A stretch of DNA of 64,000 nucleotides, taken from an uncultured Gammaproteobacteria bacterium. GTDB lineage: Bacteria > Patescibacteriota > Patescibacteriia > SG8-24. Where the stretch lies: positions 3,290 to 67,289 of the forward strand of contig CAZBFO010000004.1 of NCBI GenBank assembly GCA_964491475.1, given 5' to 3'. The notes under the pieces were generated by a model that saw nothing but the letters and a program-made list of their open reading frames with translations, was not told the origin of the DNA and did not search any database. Numbering within the stretch: the first letter of the stretch is position 1; every line of letters begins with the position of its first letter. Made by a program: the position numbers and the translations under genes. Below are positions 36,930 to 46,118 of this stretch, piece by piece.

Positions 36930-38459
36930 TCAGTTCCGGATGACGGGGGCTTCTACGCGCACCTCGGCCGTTCCGGCGGTAATGTCGTAAGCCTGGACGG
37001 TATAGATGTAGCTACCGAAGCCGTAATCGGCGGCGTTCAGGGTCGGCGGCAGCGCCTCGGAGAGTGCCTTGTCGAGCAGCGGCGCGAAGCTCTTTTCCGG
37101 GACCACCAAGGCACGGAAGCGCAACGAGAGCGTCAGGGCAAAGGTGGCACCGGACGTACCGACCTTGGGCGCGGTCACGGCGAGCTCCTTCGAGGTGATC
37201 ATGTCGGGGTTGGTCTTTTCGCCGGCAGCGAGCATCGCGGCGAAATTGTCGATTGCCTCTTTGCGCAACTTGTCAGTCAGCGAGGCCTTGGCGGCGTCGA
37301 TGTCGGATTGCGATACGCCGGGTCCGTTGCCCGCGCCGCCCGTCATGGGCGCGTCGCTCTTGGCGGTAATCTGCTTCTGGAGCGCGGGAGACAGGCCGGG
37401 AATTGTGAAGGTCGTCGGACCCAAGTCCCCTTCAGCACCGGGCTGATCCGCATGGACGTTTACCGTCACCGAACCGTTGGCCGGAATCGGAGTAGTCGCG
37501 TTCATTCGGAACAGGACGCCTTCCTTGGAAAGCAGGCGCGTGGTGGCGACGAAGGTGTACTCCTTGGCGGTGGTGTTGACGATGGTCGCCTTGCCGGTCG
37601 ACTTGTCGACCTTGGATGAGGCCGTGCCGGTGGCGGGGAAGGTGCCGCCGGCCTTGCCGTCAGACTCGATCATCCGGGAGGTGATGAACTCCTTGGCGCC
37701 GGGCGTGGCGGGCGCAGCCGTTCCCACCAGCGCGGTAACCGACACGGAAGCGGGCGCCTTCGGTCCGGCGGGAACGTGCTTGGCGACTTGGTTCTGCGCG
37801 CCGGTCGACGGCCTCTTCAGGAACGAGGCGAACGATGGCAGGCCCGACTTTGCCAGGAACATGTACACGCCACCGGCCGCCGCCACGAACAGGACCAGCA
37901 CCAGCACGGCCAAGGCGAAGGTCTTCAGGCCCGAGCGCCGCGACTGCCCGTCGTCGCGATCCATATACGACATCTCGTCATCCCCCTCCTCTTCGGCCAT
38001 CGCCGCGCGCTTCGGCAGGGTGTCGCCGCGCAAGATCGAATCGATCGAAAGGCGCCCGTCGTCGCCGCCGAGAGAGGGCGCGTCGTTGATTTCCCGCGTC
38101 GCCATCTTCGATTTGAGATTCTCGTCGGAACGAAGAATTTCGCCAATCCCCAATCCGAAGTCCGGCTCGTCGCCCTGCTCCGAGCGATCCTGGAAGGCCT
38201 CAAGACGTTTGGCTGCCGCCGCCTTCTTGGCGGCTTCTTGTGCCGAATCCGTGGCCGCCTTCGCGAAGGCAGTCGGCTCCAATGCCGCGCGCTTCGGCCG
38301 CGCTTCTTCTTCGCGGGTCTCGGCAATCGGCTCCGCGTAGGAGGGAATCTCTACCGCCGGCGCCTCGTGCGGCATCTCGGCGGCGGTCATCTCGGCGGCG
38401 GGCTCCTCGACGCGAGTCCGTTTCTTTCGCGATGCTGGTTTTTTGGCTTGCGCGACCAT
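36930..38459 (-). CDS. single-pass membrane protein, charged low-complexity cytoplasmic N-terminus, ~300-aa extracytoplasmic domain
   Basis: 509 aa; residues ~1-180 Ala/Glu/Lys/Asp-rich; TM LKTFALAVLVLVLFVAAAGGVYMFL; extracellular region Thr/Ala/Gly-rich then mixed. Confidence 0.5.
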   Translation of the reverse strand: MVAQAKKPASRKKRTRVEEPAAEMTAAEMPHEAPAVEIPSYAEPIAETREEEARPKRAALEPTAFAKAATDSAQEAAKKAAAAKRLEAFQDRSEQGDEPDFGLGIGEILRSDENLKSKMATREINDAPSLGGDDGRLSIDSILRGDTLPKRAAMAEEEGDDEMSYMDRDDGQSRRSGLKTFALAVLVLVLFVAAAGGVYMFLAKSGLPSFASFLKRPSTGAQNQVAKHVPAGPKAPASVSVTALVGTAAPATPGAKEFITSRMIESDGKAGGTFPATGTASSKVDKSTGKATIVNTTAKEYTFVATTRLLSKEGVLFRMNATTPIPANGSVTVNVHADQPGAEGDLGPTTFTIPGLSPALQKQITAKSDAPMTGGAGNGPGVSQSDIDAAKASLTDKLRKEAIDNFAAMLAAGEKTNPDMITSKELAVTAPKVGTSGATFALTLSLRFRALVVPEKSFAPLLDKALSEALPPTLNAADYGFGSYIYTVQAYDITAGTAEVRVEAPVIRN

Positions 38460-38533
38460 AGTGATGAAGAGGTTACGCCGCTTTCGCCTATCGTCATGTG
38501 CTCCGTAAATAAGGCGGCAGCAGCTTCACAGCC

Positions 38534-38545
38534 AATATACCACAC
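38534..38545 (-). promoter_or_regulatory. candidate extended -10 promoter for 509-aa gene
   Basis: minus strand reads gTGtGGTATATTgg (TG-n-TATATT). Confidence 0.3.
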
Positions 38546-38571
38546 TATGGGAGGGGTCTGCCATCAGAACG

Positions 38572-38603
38572 GAAAAGGGCCTCGCGTGATGACGCGAGAC
38601 CCC
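38572..38603 (-). terminator. rho-independent terminator after response-regulator gene
   Basis: minus-strand hairpin ggggtctcgcg-tcatca-cgcgaggccc followed by UUUUCC. Confidence 0.5.
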
Positions 38604-38626
38604 TGTAACGCCATTTGCCCGGCTGC

Positions 38627-39040
38627 CTACCTCCCCTTTGACATCTGCCCTTTGCCCAGCACCTTGCGAACTTCCTCGATGATGCGGCTGGGGGTCAGGT
38701 TCGCCTTCGTAAGAAAACATTCGGCACCGAGCGCGAGTCCGCGCTTTACTTCGTACGGCTGCCCGAGGTTGGAGAGGATGATGACCGGTATGTTCGCCGT
38801 GCGCGGATTGGCCTTCAGGTCCTTCAGCACCTCGAAGCCGTCCTTGATGGGCAGCACGACGTCAAGCAGGATCAACGACGGCTGACCCTGGATCGCCTTG
38901 TCGAGCCCTTCAATGCCGTCGGCCGCCTGCATCACCTCGAAGCCCTCGATATCCAGCTTGGTGGCGTAGATGTCGCGCAACGACGGTTCATCCTCGATGA
39001 CCAGGATGGTCTGTTTGTTCTTCATGTCACGGTTTTCCAT
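38627..39040 (-). CDS. stand-alone response regulator receiver (CheY-like)
   Basis: ILVIEDEPSLRD…LILLDVVLP…(phospho-acceptor Asp)…VIILSNLG…K; no output domain; 4 nt after sensor kinase stop. Confidence 0.85.
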   Translation of the reverse strand: MENRDMKNKQTILVIEDEPSLRDIYATKLDIEGFEVMQAADGIEGLDKAIQGQPSLILLDVVLPIKDGFEVLKDLKANPRTANIPVIILSNLGQPYEVKRGLALGAECFLTKANLTPSRIIEEVRKVLGKGQMSKGR

Positions 39041-39043
39041 AGG

Positions 39044-41602
39044 TCATGCGTTAACGACGGCAATGCCGTTCTCTGGCGATTGATCGTCTTCTGTCGGGAA
39101 GCTCACCGCAACTGTCGTGCCCACTCCCTCCCGGGATTCGATGGTGATGCGGCCGCCGTGCAGTTCCACCAGGCGCTTGGCCATGTAGAGACCGAGGCCC
39201 GTGCCTTCGACCTCGAAGCCGGTGATGTTCGTCGCCCGGAAGAAGCGCGTGAAGATGCGTTTGGTATCCTCTGCGGGAATGCCGATGCCGCTGTCTTTGA
39301 CGATCACCTTCACGAAACCGCCCTTCTTGCCGTCGTGCCGGACCGCCATCTCCTGACTCACGCGAATCTCCACGAAGCCCTTGGGAAGCGTGTATTTTAC
39401 CGCGTTCGTCACCAAGTTCAGCAGCACCTTCTCCACGTAGACCGCATCTGCCGAGACTTTGGGCGCAGGCTCGGCGGGCCGAGCCCATTTCAGCTCGACA
39501 CCCTTCTTTCGCGCCTCGACCGCCACCTGTCCGGCGACCGCGTCGACGACATCCTCGAGGGCTACGGGAGCCTTGTGCAGCGCCACGCGACCGCGGTCGA
39601 TGAGCATGACGTCCTGCAGGTCCCTGAACAGGTTGCTCAACCGCTGGCTGGTCTGGTGCAGGCGCTCGATCAGCTCCATCTGCTCCTTGTTGAGCCGGCC
39701 CGTGTCGCCGAACCGCATGGCGTCCAGCGTCCAGCGGAAGACGTTCAGCGGGACCCGCAGCTCTCGCGTGGCGTGATCGAGGAAGTCATGCCGTTCCCTT
39801 ACTGCCGCCCGCAGGGCCTGGGTGCGCTCGCCGATCGCCTCGAGCATGTGGTTAAAGGCGGAGGCGAGCTGCCCGACTTCGTCCGGACTGCCGTACTTGA
39901 CCCGGTGGTCGTATTCTTCGCGCTCCACCTTGACAGCGGCGGTGCGAAGTTCGCGAATCGGCCGCAACGTGACCGTCATGCTGAACAGCAGCAGCGCCGT
40001 TATCAGCATGACCGCGAACAGCGTGAGAAGAGCGACCAGCGAAATGATGCGGAACGCCTCCGCATCGAGCGTCCGGTTGGCGACGACCGTGTAAAAGTAG
40101 CCATGCGCCTCACCATCGGAGTCGAAGGTGCGCTCAAGGAAAAAGCTGTTTTCGCCGTCGTCGTAAAAACTGATGCCTCCGGGAAGCACGTGATAACGCA
40201 ATTGGTCCCGAACCGAGCTGTCGACGGCAGGTCCCGCGGAGAAGACGGCGTCCCCGCTGTCCGAGACATAACCGTAGCCTGACGAGCTGATGGGGGCCAC
40301 GGACAGGTATTCGTTGAAATTGAAGGCCGAATCGACGTCGGTGACGATGGCCGCGCCGCGGACGGACCCGTCCGAGGACATGATGGGCTCGGCGGCACGA
40401 AGCACCCAGAGGCCGAACGCGTCATCCTTTTCGATCGAGGCATGCCCCCTGCCGGACAAGGCACGCGCGATGGCGTGCGAGTCGACGAGAAAGCCTCCGA
40501 TGGCGGCGTCTGCGCGAGTGGAGAAAAGGATACGACTGTCACGGTCGACGAGATCGAATACCCGCGTACCATGCACGGGACTGGCCAACTCGTTCAGTTC
40601 CGCCCGCAAGACGGGCACGTCCTCCTTGACGCCCCCCAGCACCGACACCGTCCTGGACATTTCCGCAAAGCGATTGGCTTCGTCAATTTGAGCGAACTGC
40701 CGCAACTTGACCGCTTGGACGAAATACCGCAGGTCGCGCTGCATCGCCACGTGGCGAGCGTTCATGGTGCCCTCCACGAACGACGAGGCGATGACGGCCA
40801 GCATGCCGATGGACAGCAGCCAGATGGCGATGACGTTCATCCCAACCGCTTTGAGCATCAGGCTCTTGCGGAACAGGACGTACGGCCGCAGCCGAACCGC
40901 CTTTTCGGGGTGATCCTCGGTCAGAGCCGCCATGAAGGTCAGGAAAAGGAACGCCAGGTAAGCCGCCATGGACGGGACCACCAACGACGCGGTCTGCAGC
41001 ACCACGGCCAAGATCACCATCAGGTTGAAAAGCATGCCGAAGAGCCCCGCGTTCAGCATCATGCGGTCTGCCGGACCCTGACGTTCACCGACGCCCCGCA
41101 GGCGCGCAAGCGCCGACGACCTGCGTATGACCATGCCCAGCAAGGCGAAAAAGAGCGGCGAGTAGATGACGCACAGCTGCCAAGCCGTGTAGAAGATGAA
41201 GGTCACGCCGTTTGCCTGCGTGGCCATCGGCTTCATGGCCACAAGCATGCAGATGCTGCTCGCGGCAAGGACAGCGGTGCATCCGGTCATCAGCCACCAC
41301 AGGTCCTTCTTGTATCGGCTGAAGTACGCCGCGGCGAGAAAGACCCCTCCCACCGAAGTGAACGCGGAAGACATGCGCAGAGCATCGATGGCCGTCTGGT
41401 CATGCCCGTTTGCCGCCAAGACCTGGCCGCCGAAAGTCGTGGCTGCCGCGAACGCTTGCGTCAAAAAAGCCAAGGAATAAAAAAGGAGCGACCGGGTACG
41501 GCGCACCGCATATTCCTTGGCAAGAACGGCAAAAGCGATGACGGAAACGACCGTCAACGTCATCTCAAAAAAAACGGTGCCGATGGTCGAAAACACAGGC
41601 AT
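39044..41602 (-). CDS. sensor histidine kinase with large multi-TM N-terminal sensor domain
   Basis: 852 aa; ~8 N-terminal TM helices, periplasmic/cytoplasmic linker, HisKA (HATRELRVPLNVF, phospho-His), HATPase_c (N-box LNLVTNAVKYT, G-boxes DSGIGIP, GTGLGL). Confidence 0.85.
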   Translation of the reverse strand: MPVFSTIGTVFFEMTLTVVSVIAFAVLAKEYAVRRTRSLLFYSLAFLTQAFAAATTFGGQVLAANGHDQTAIDALRMSSAFTSVGGVFLAAAYFSRYKKDLWWLMTGCTAVLAASSICMLVAMKPMATQANGVTFIFYTAWQLCVIYSPLFFALLGMVIRRSSALARLRGVGERQGPADRMMLNAGLFGMLFNLMVILAVVLQTASLVVPSMAAYLAFLFLTFMAALTEDHPEKAVRLRPYVLFRKSLMLKAVGMNVIAIWLLSIGMLAVIASSFVEGTMNARHVAMQRDLRYFVQAVKLRQFAQIDEANRFAEMSRTVSVLGGVKEDVPVLRAELNELASPVHGTRVFDLVDRDSRILFSTRADAAIGGFLVDSHAIARALSGRGHASIEKDDAFGLWVLRAAEPIMSSDGSVRGAAIVTDVDSAFNFNEYLSVAPISSSGYGYVSDSGDAVFSAGPAVDSSVRDQLRYHVLPGGISFYDDGENSFFLERTFDSDGEAHGYFYTVVANRTLDAEAFRIISLVALLTLFAVMLITALLLFSMTVTLRPIRELRTAAVKVEREEYDHRVKYGSPDEVGQLASAFNHMLEAIGERTQALRAAVRERHDFLDHATRELRVPLNVFRWTLDAMRFGDTGRLNKEQMELIERLHQTSQRLSNLFRDLQDVMLIDRGRVALHKAPVALEDVVDAVAGQVAVEARKKGVELKWARPAEPAPKVSADAVYVEKVLLNLVTNAVKYTLPKGFVEIRVSQEMAVRHDGKKGGFVKVIVKDSGIGIPAEDTKRIFTRFFRATNITGFEVEGTGLGLYMAKRLVELHGGRITIESREGVGTTVAVSFPTEDDQSPENGIAVVNA

Positions 41603-41722
41603 GCGACCGGCTCGAATAGCAAACGATAACTGGCTTCATTTTACCAAATTTTTGGCCTTTTTAAAAGACCCGTTCTTGCCGAAAGGCAGCCACGGCAAAC
41701 GCCGTCGGCAGCTTGGCATAAA

Positions 41723-41748
41723 GAAAAAACGCATCCCGTAAGATGCGT
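41723..41748 (-). terminator. rho-independent terminator after tRNA-Lys
   Basis: minus-strand hairpin acgcatc-ttacgg-gatgcgt followed by UUUUUUC. Confidence 0.5.
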
Positions 41749-41754
41749 GCTTTC

Positions 41755-41830
41755 TGGTGGATTGGCTGGGGATCGAACCCAGGACCAAACGCTTAAGAGG
41801 CGCTTGCTCTACCAGCTGAGCTACCAATCC
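41755..41830 (-). tRNA. tRNA-Lys (anticodon CUU), CCA encoded
   Basis: reverse complement folds as cloverleaf: acceptor GGATTGG/CCAATCC, D-arm GCTC/GAGC, anticodon stem AGCGC/GCGTT loop CTCTTAA (CUU), T-arm CCTGG-TTCGATC-CCCAG, discriminator A, genomic CCA. Confidence 0.9.
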
Positions 41831-41928
41831 TCGCTTCCGGTCACTTTTTATTGAGTAGCGGCATCGTAGCAAAAGATATGGGACCTGACAAGTCCCCTGG
41901 AGCCGCCTTTCTTTCCCTGCAGGCCGCA

Positions 41929-41957
41929 TTGACCGCCGGTCAGTTTTGTGCTACTTT
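41929..41957 (+). promoter_or_regulatory. candidate sigma70-like promoter of first FGE-family gene
   Basis: TTGACC - 17 nt - TACTTT, ~55 nt upstream of ATG 42013 which has GGAGGG SD. Confidence 0.4.
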
Positions 41958-42012
41958 GGATGGTCGCGAACCGCGATTTCGGCGCGACAACGGGAAGCGG
42001 AGGGTTGTAGCA

Positions 42013-43026
42013 ATGCGAACGCGAAATCTGCTCATTTTCTGCGTTTTTACGGCGTTTTTGACTGGATCGTGTACCTGCAAGAAGTACGGCGGCCTCGAGC
42101 CTGCCAGCGTCGGAAATGACGGCGTCACGGATGCGGGGGCGCCGATCGGCACGACCGATGCGCGGTCCCTTTCCGATCCCCAACGGACGGAAGTCGCGGC
42201 TACGGCCGTGACGGGACGCAAGTACTCCCCCTCCTGTCCGGAGGGAATGAAGGAAGTGTCCGGAGACTACTGCAAAACCGTAGAGCACCGTTGCCTCAAG
42301 GGCCGCGACGCGATCTTCGTCCCTGACGAGGACCATCCTGGCGGTCTCTACGTTCAGAAGACCATCCCTTGGTCTTGCAACAAGGCCGAAGGATGTCCCG
42401 TCCCCTACTACTGCGACAAGTTCGTGGAAGGGTACGCCATCTGCGGCGGCGACGCCAAATCGCTGCGGTTCTGCATCGACGAGTACGAGTACCCCAACGT
42501 CATCGGCCAAAAGCCGGCGGTGATGGTGACCTGGTACGATGCGAAGCAGGCATGTGCCGACGCCGGCAAGCGGCTCTGCGACGACGACGAGTGGGGTCTG
42601 GCCTGCGAAGGTCCGGACCACGTTCCCTACGGCTACGGCTGGGAGCGTGACGCCACCGCCTGCAACATCGACAGGCCGCAGAAAGAGGGCGGCGTGAACA
42701 CCGACGCCCTCGGTTCGTCTGTCGCCGCCGTACGCGAGGCCGAACTCGCCCGGCTCGACCAGCGGGCGCCCATCGGCTCGTTCCCGCGATGCGTGTCGCC
42801 GTACGGAGTACACGACATGACGGGAAACGTGGACGAGTGGGCCAACAACGTCACTCGCGGCGGAAAGCCGTACCGGTCCATCTTCGCCGGCGGCCACTGG
42901 GTCGGCGGCAAGGACGGCGGGGCGCGCAACCGCTGCCGCCCGCGCACGGACAGCCACAGCGAAGGCTTCCGGTTCTATGCCGAAGGCTTCCGCTGCTGCG
43001 CCGACGCCAAGCAGTCCGTGCGCTGA
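42013..43026 (+). CDS. FGE-sulfatase (formylglycine-generating enzyme/SUMF1-like) family lipoprotein
   Basis: trimmed to MRTRNLLIFCVFTAFLTGSC (lipobox); FGE-domain motifs WYDAKQACADAGKRLCDDDEWGLAC, HDMTGNVDEW, GFRCCAD; many Cys. Confidence 0.75.
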   Translation: MRTRNLLIFCVFTAFLTGSCTCKKYGGLEPASVGNDGVTDAGAPIGTTDARSLSDPQRTEVAATAVTGRKYSPSCPEGMKEVSGDYCKTVEHRCLKGRDAIFVPDEDHPGGLYVQKTIPWSCNKAEGCPVPYYCDKFVEGYAICGGDAKSLRFCIDEYEYPNVIGQKPAVMVTWYDAKQACADAGKRLCDDDEWGLACEGPDHVPYGYGWERDATACNIDRPQKEGGVNTDALGSSVAAVREAELARLDQRAPIGSFPRCVSPYGVHDMTGNVDEWANNVTRGGKPYRSIFAGGHWVGGKDGGARNRCRPRTDSHSEGFRFYAEGFRCCADAKQSVR

Positions 43027-43032
43027 AATCGC

Positions 43033-43066
43033 GGGACCGGTCCTGAAAGGGCCGGTCTTTTTTTTG
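43033..43066 (+). terminator. rho-independent terminator
   Basis: stem gaccgg / ccggtc then TTTTTTTT after stop of 42013..43026. Confidence 0.55.
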
Positions 43067-43091
43067 ATTTTCCAAACCGGTTTACCTGAAA

Positions 43092-43117
43092 TAAAAACGC
43101 CCGACGGATGTCGGGCG
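43092..43117 (-). terminator. rho-independent terminator
   Basis: minus-strand hairpin cgcccgac-atcc-gtcgggcg followed by UUUUU after stop of 43125..44009. Confidence 0.55.
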
Positions 43118-43124
43118 AAAGGCG

Positions 43125-44009
43125 TCACTTGGCTTCGGAACAGCAGCGGAAGCCGACCTGGATGCCGGAGTAGGTCTTGTCGTGTTCCGTGGTGGTCGCC
43201 TCGGTGCCGCAGCGGTTGCGGAGGTTCCCCCACCAGCCGCCCTTGAGCCAGCTGCCGCCGTTCGCGCTGCCGTCGGACGAGACCCACTCGTCGACGTTGC
43301 CGGTCATGTCGTGGACGCCGAAGGCGCTCACGCATCCGGAATACTCGCCCGACGGCTTGGAGAAGTTGACGCACGCCTGCCCCTTGATGGGCGCCGGCGT
43401 GCGACCGTATCCCTGCGCGGCGGCGTCGGCCCAGCGCGGCTCTTTGCCGCCCAGGTCGATGCGGCAGGCTTGGCTGTTGCGTTCGGTGCCGTACGGGTAC
43501 GGCTGCCACTTCGGCCCTTGGCAGGCGAAGGTCCACTCGTCGGCGGCGCACAGCCGCTTGCCCTGATCGTGACAGAGCTTCTGGGCTTCGCCCCAGAGGA
43601 CCATCACCTTCGGCGCCTCGCCCGGCTTGTTCGGGTACTCGTAGGCGTCGATGCAGTAGTGCTTCTGGACCGTCGCGCCCTTGCAGGTGCTGGCGGAGAA
43701 ACGCTTGCAGCGGAAGTGGTCGTCAGCGGCCATCCACTCGGCGCAGGTCTCCTTGAGATCGGGACAGTAGGTGCCGCTGATCTCGACCATGTCCGACGGA
43801 CACTTCCCGGAGACGGGCTGTTGCGCCGCCGGAGCCGGATCGGCGGCGACGGTCGCCGGTTCTGCCGGCCGTTCGTTCGTGACGGGTTCGGGAGAACGCG
43901 TCTCGACGGCGGTCTGCGACGCGTCCGCAGGCGGGCTGGTGGGGCTCGAGTGGTTGCAAGCAGCGGCGATGAACAGCGTTGCGGGAATGAGCGGAAGGAC
44001 CTTTCGCAT
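43125..44009 (-). CDS. FGE-sulfatase family lipoprotein (paralog, convergent)
   Basis: trimmed to MRKVLPLIPATLFIAAAC (lipobox); Pro/Ala-rich linker; motifs VLWGEAQKLCHDQGKRLCAADEWTFAC, HDMTGNVDEW, GFRCCSEAK. Confidence 0.75.
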   Translation of the reverse strand: MRKVLPLIPATLFIAAACNHSSPTSPPADASQTAVETRSPEPVTNERPAEPATVAADPAPAAQQPVSGKCPSDMVEISGTYCPDLKETCAEWMAADDHFRCKRFSASTCKGATVQKHYCIDAYEYPNKPGEAPKVMVLWGEAQKLCHDQGKRLCAADEWTFACQGPKWQPYPYGTERNSQACRIDLGGKEPRWADAAAQGYGRTPAPIKGQACVNFSKPSGEYSGCVSAFGVHDMTGNVDEWVSSDGSANGGSWLKGGWWGNLRNRCGTEATTTEHDKTYSGIQVGFRCCSEAK

Positions 44010-44127
44010 TCGGACTCCTTTCACGAGTGCCGTTTAACCCTGCGCAAAAAGGACGGTTTTGGCAAGGGTCTGCCCCAGGCCTTCCGAAAAGGACAAAAAA
44101 CCTCGCAGAAACGCGAGGTTGCGAGGA

Positions 44128-44739
44128 CTACGGTTCGTATATGCGTTGTGCCGGCACTTTCACGACGACTTCGTCGCCGGCATGAATGATGCCGGAGCAG
44201 TATACGGAACCCACGACGCCGCGCCTGCCCATGGCCGCCTTCACGAACTTGGGGGCCAACTTTGGGATGCCGGGATTCTTTGCAGCAATGGCTTCTCCTG
44301 GAACGACGCAGGGTTTGTTTTCACCCCAGACCACCAGCACTGCTGTCCGCGACTGTTCGTCGTTCTTTCGAAAGAACAACATGGTGCCGATCGGCAGGCT
44401 CGTCAGTCGCGGAATGCCGGACAGGATCAGATTTTCTCCGAGACTGCCGTAAGATATCGGCGGCACGTCCATGCCGACCGCAATCTCCTTGAGCTCCTCG
44501 ACCGACACCGCCGAAAACTCCCGATGATTGGCGATTTCGGTCCCCTTTCCGAAACCGAATGACAGCATCCCCTGTTCGCGAGCATCTACCAAGCGCGGTC
44601 CGGCATGTCCGTCTCCGCGCACGCCATGTCCGCGCACGACCTGGATTTTTTCCGCCGATTGCGACACGTGATCGCCGAACGTCGCCGCGACCAGCACCGC
44701 CTCGACCTTGCCCCGCAAAATGAACGCTTCTTTTGTCAC
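44128..44739 (-). CDS. MOSC domain-containing protein
   Basis: GTG start (cac 44737-44739) after AAAGGAG SD; …RGHGVRGDGHAGP…VSVEELKEI…PGQLGENL-like (GSLGENLILSG) and conserved Cys (KPCVVPG) typical of MOSC/YiiM; ORF-track N-terminal extension overlaps tRNA-Arg and is rejected. Confidence 0.6.
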   Translation of the reverse strand: MTKEAFILRGKVEAVLVAATFGDHVSQSAEKIQVVRGHGVRGDGHAGPRLVDAREQGMLSFGFGKGTEIANHREFSAVSVEELKEIAVGMDVPPISYGSLGENLILSGIPRLTSLPIGTMLFFRKNDEQSRTAVLVVWGENKPCVVPGEAIAAKNPGIPKLAPKFVKAAMGRRGVVGSVYCSGIIHAGDEVVVKVPAQRIYEP

Positions 44740-44795
44740 GGTAACTCCTTTTTGCGTTGGCACACAGTATGTCAAGAAAACCGTTTTGTCAACGT

Positions 44796-44818
44796 AAAAA
44801 CGCCAGTGCGCTGGCGTT
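44796..44818 (-). terminator. rho-independent terminator after tRNA-Arg
   Basis: minus-strand hairpin aacgccag-cgca-ctggcgtt followed by UUUUU. Confidence 0.5.
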
Positions 44819-44823
44819 CTTAC

Positions 44824-44898
44824 TGGTGCGGGCGGAGGGATTCGAACCCCCAAAAGCAGCTTCGAAGGCTGCCGTGATATCCATTTCACCACGCCCGC
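44824..44898 (-). tRNA. tRNA-Arg (anticodon UCG), CCA encoded
   Basis: reverse complement: acceptor GCGGGCG/CGCCCGC, D-arm GTGA/TCAC, anticodon stem GCAGC/GCTGC loop CTTCGAA (UCG), 4-nt variable loop, T-arm GGGGG-TTCGAAT-CCCTC, discriminator A, CCA. Confidence 0.9.
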
Positions 44899-44965
44899 GG
44901 GGCTGGTCCGGACTGCCGCCACGTTAGCAAAAAACCGCGGACCTGAAAAGACCCCGAAGGGTCCT

Positions 44966-46045
44966 TTACTTGTTCTTGCCATTGGAGCTGGTGGCGCCTT
45001 CGTTCAGCACGTAATGCTCGGCCACTTCGGCCTCGACGATGCCGTTCTTCACCAAGTGGTCCAAATCCTGCTCAAAGGTGGTCATGCCCTTGCCGGCAGA
45101 AGTCTGCAGCACGTTCACGATCTGGGCCGCCTTGTTTTCGCGGATGAGGTTGGCGACCGCAGAATTGTTGACCAGGATTTCGCGGGCAGCGACGCGACCG
45201 CCGCCGATCTTGGGGAGCAGCTGCTGCGAAATGACGCCGCGGAGCGTCAGTGCCAGCTGGGTGCGGATCTGGTTCTGCTGGTGCGACGGGAAGGCGTCGA
45301 TGAGGCGATTGATGGTCTGCGAGGCGCTGTAGGTGTGCAGCGTGGCGAACACCAAGTGGCCGGTCTCGGCGATGGTCAGGGTGGTGGCGATGGTATCCAT
45401 GTCGCGCATTTCGCCGACCATGACGACGTCGGGGTCCTGGCGCAGGATGTGCTTCAAGGCGTCCGGGAAGGAGATGAAGTCCTGTCCGAACTGGCGCTGG
45501 CGAATGACGGCCTTCTTGGCCTCGAAGATGAACTCGATCGGGTCTTCGAGCGTGATGATGTTGACCGGCTCGCGCATGTTGATGGCGTTGACCATCGAGG
45601 CGAGAGCGGTTGACTTGCCGGAACCGGTCGGACCGGTGACCAGCACCAGGCCGTGCGGAAACTCGGTCATCGCCTGGGCGCTCGGAGGCAGGCCCAGCGA
45701 GCTCATGCTTGGAATGTCGGACGGGATGGTGCGTGCGGCCATGGCCACGTTGCGCCGCTCCCAGTGCACGTTGATGCGAAAGCGCTTGCCTGTCGGAATC
45801 TGATAGGCCACGTCGAGCTCCTTCTGCTCCATGAACACCCGCTTTTCCTGTTCGGTAATGAAGGAGAACACCAGCTCCTCGACGTTCTGGTTGGTGAGCG
45901 CCTTGGCGCCCTCGATGGGCACCAAGTCGCCATTAAGGCGGAGCAGCGGCGGGCGGCCGACCACAAGATGAATGTCGGACGCCCCCTTGGCGACCGCAAT
46001 CTCAAACAAAGTGTTCATCACGTCGAGCGGTGTGCTTGCTGCCAT
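44966..46045 (-). CDS. pilT: type IV pilus retraction ATPase PilT
   Basis: 359 aa; Walker A GPTGSGKST, Asp box, Walker B DVVMVGEMRD, His box TLHT, PilT-specific AIRNLIRE-like motif (AVANLIRENK). Confidence 0.9.
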   Translation of the reverse strand: MAASTPLDVMNTLFEIAVAKGASDIHLVVGRPPLLRLNGDLVPIEGAKALTNQNVEELVFSFITEQEKRVFMEQKELDVAYQIPTGKRFRINVHWERRNVAMAARTIPSDIPSMSSLGLPPSAQAMTEFPHGLVLVTGPTGSGKSTALASMVNAINMREPVNIITLEDPIEFIFEAKKAVIRQRQFGQDFISFPDALKHILRQDPDVVMVGEMRDMDTIATTLTIAETGHLVFATLHTYSASQTINRLIDAFPSHQQNQIRTQLALTLRGVISQQLLPKIGGGRVAAREILVNNSAVANLIRENKAAQIVNVLQTSAGKGMTTFEQDLDHLVKNGIVEAEVAEHYVLNEGATSSNGKNK

Positions 46046-46063
46046 AGTACTCGCACGTTACCA

Positions 46064-46093
46064 CAAAAAAAGACCTCCAGGAAGGTCTTCCTT
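46064..46093 (-). terminator. rho-independent terminator after rnc
   Basis: stem aagacct / aggtctt with U7 run on the minus strand; located between rnc stop and pilT start. Confidence 0.5.
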
Positions 46094-46118
46094 TTGCACA
46101 GGTTCGCGCCCTCGGCGG

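Noticed and set aside
44740-44982. N-terminal 81 codons of the MOSC ORF
   Set aside because: This stretch overlaps tRNA-Arg and its terminator. A GTG with a good AAAGGAG SD at 44739 gives a protein that starts exactly at the MOSC domain.
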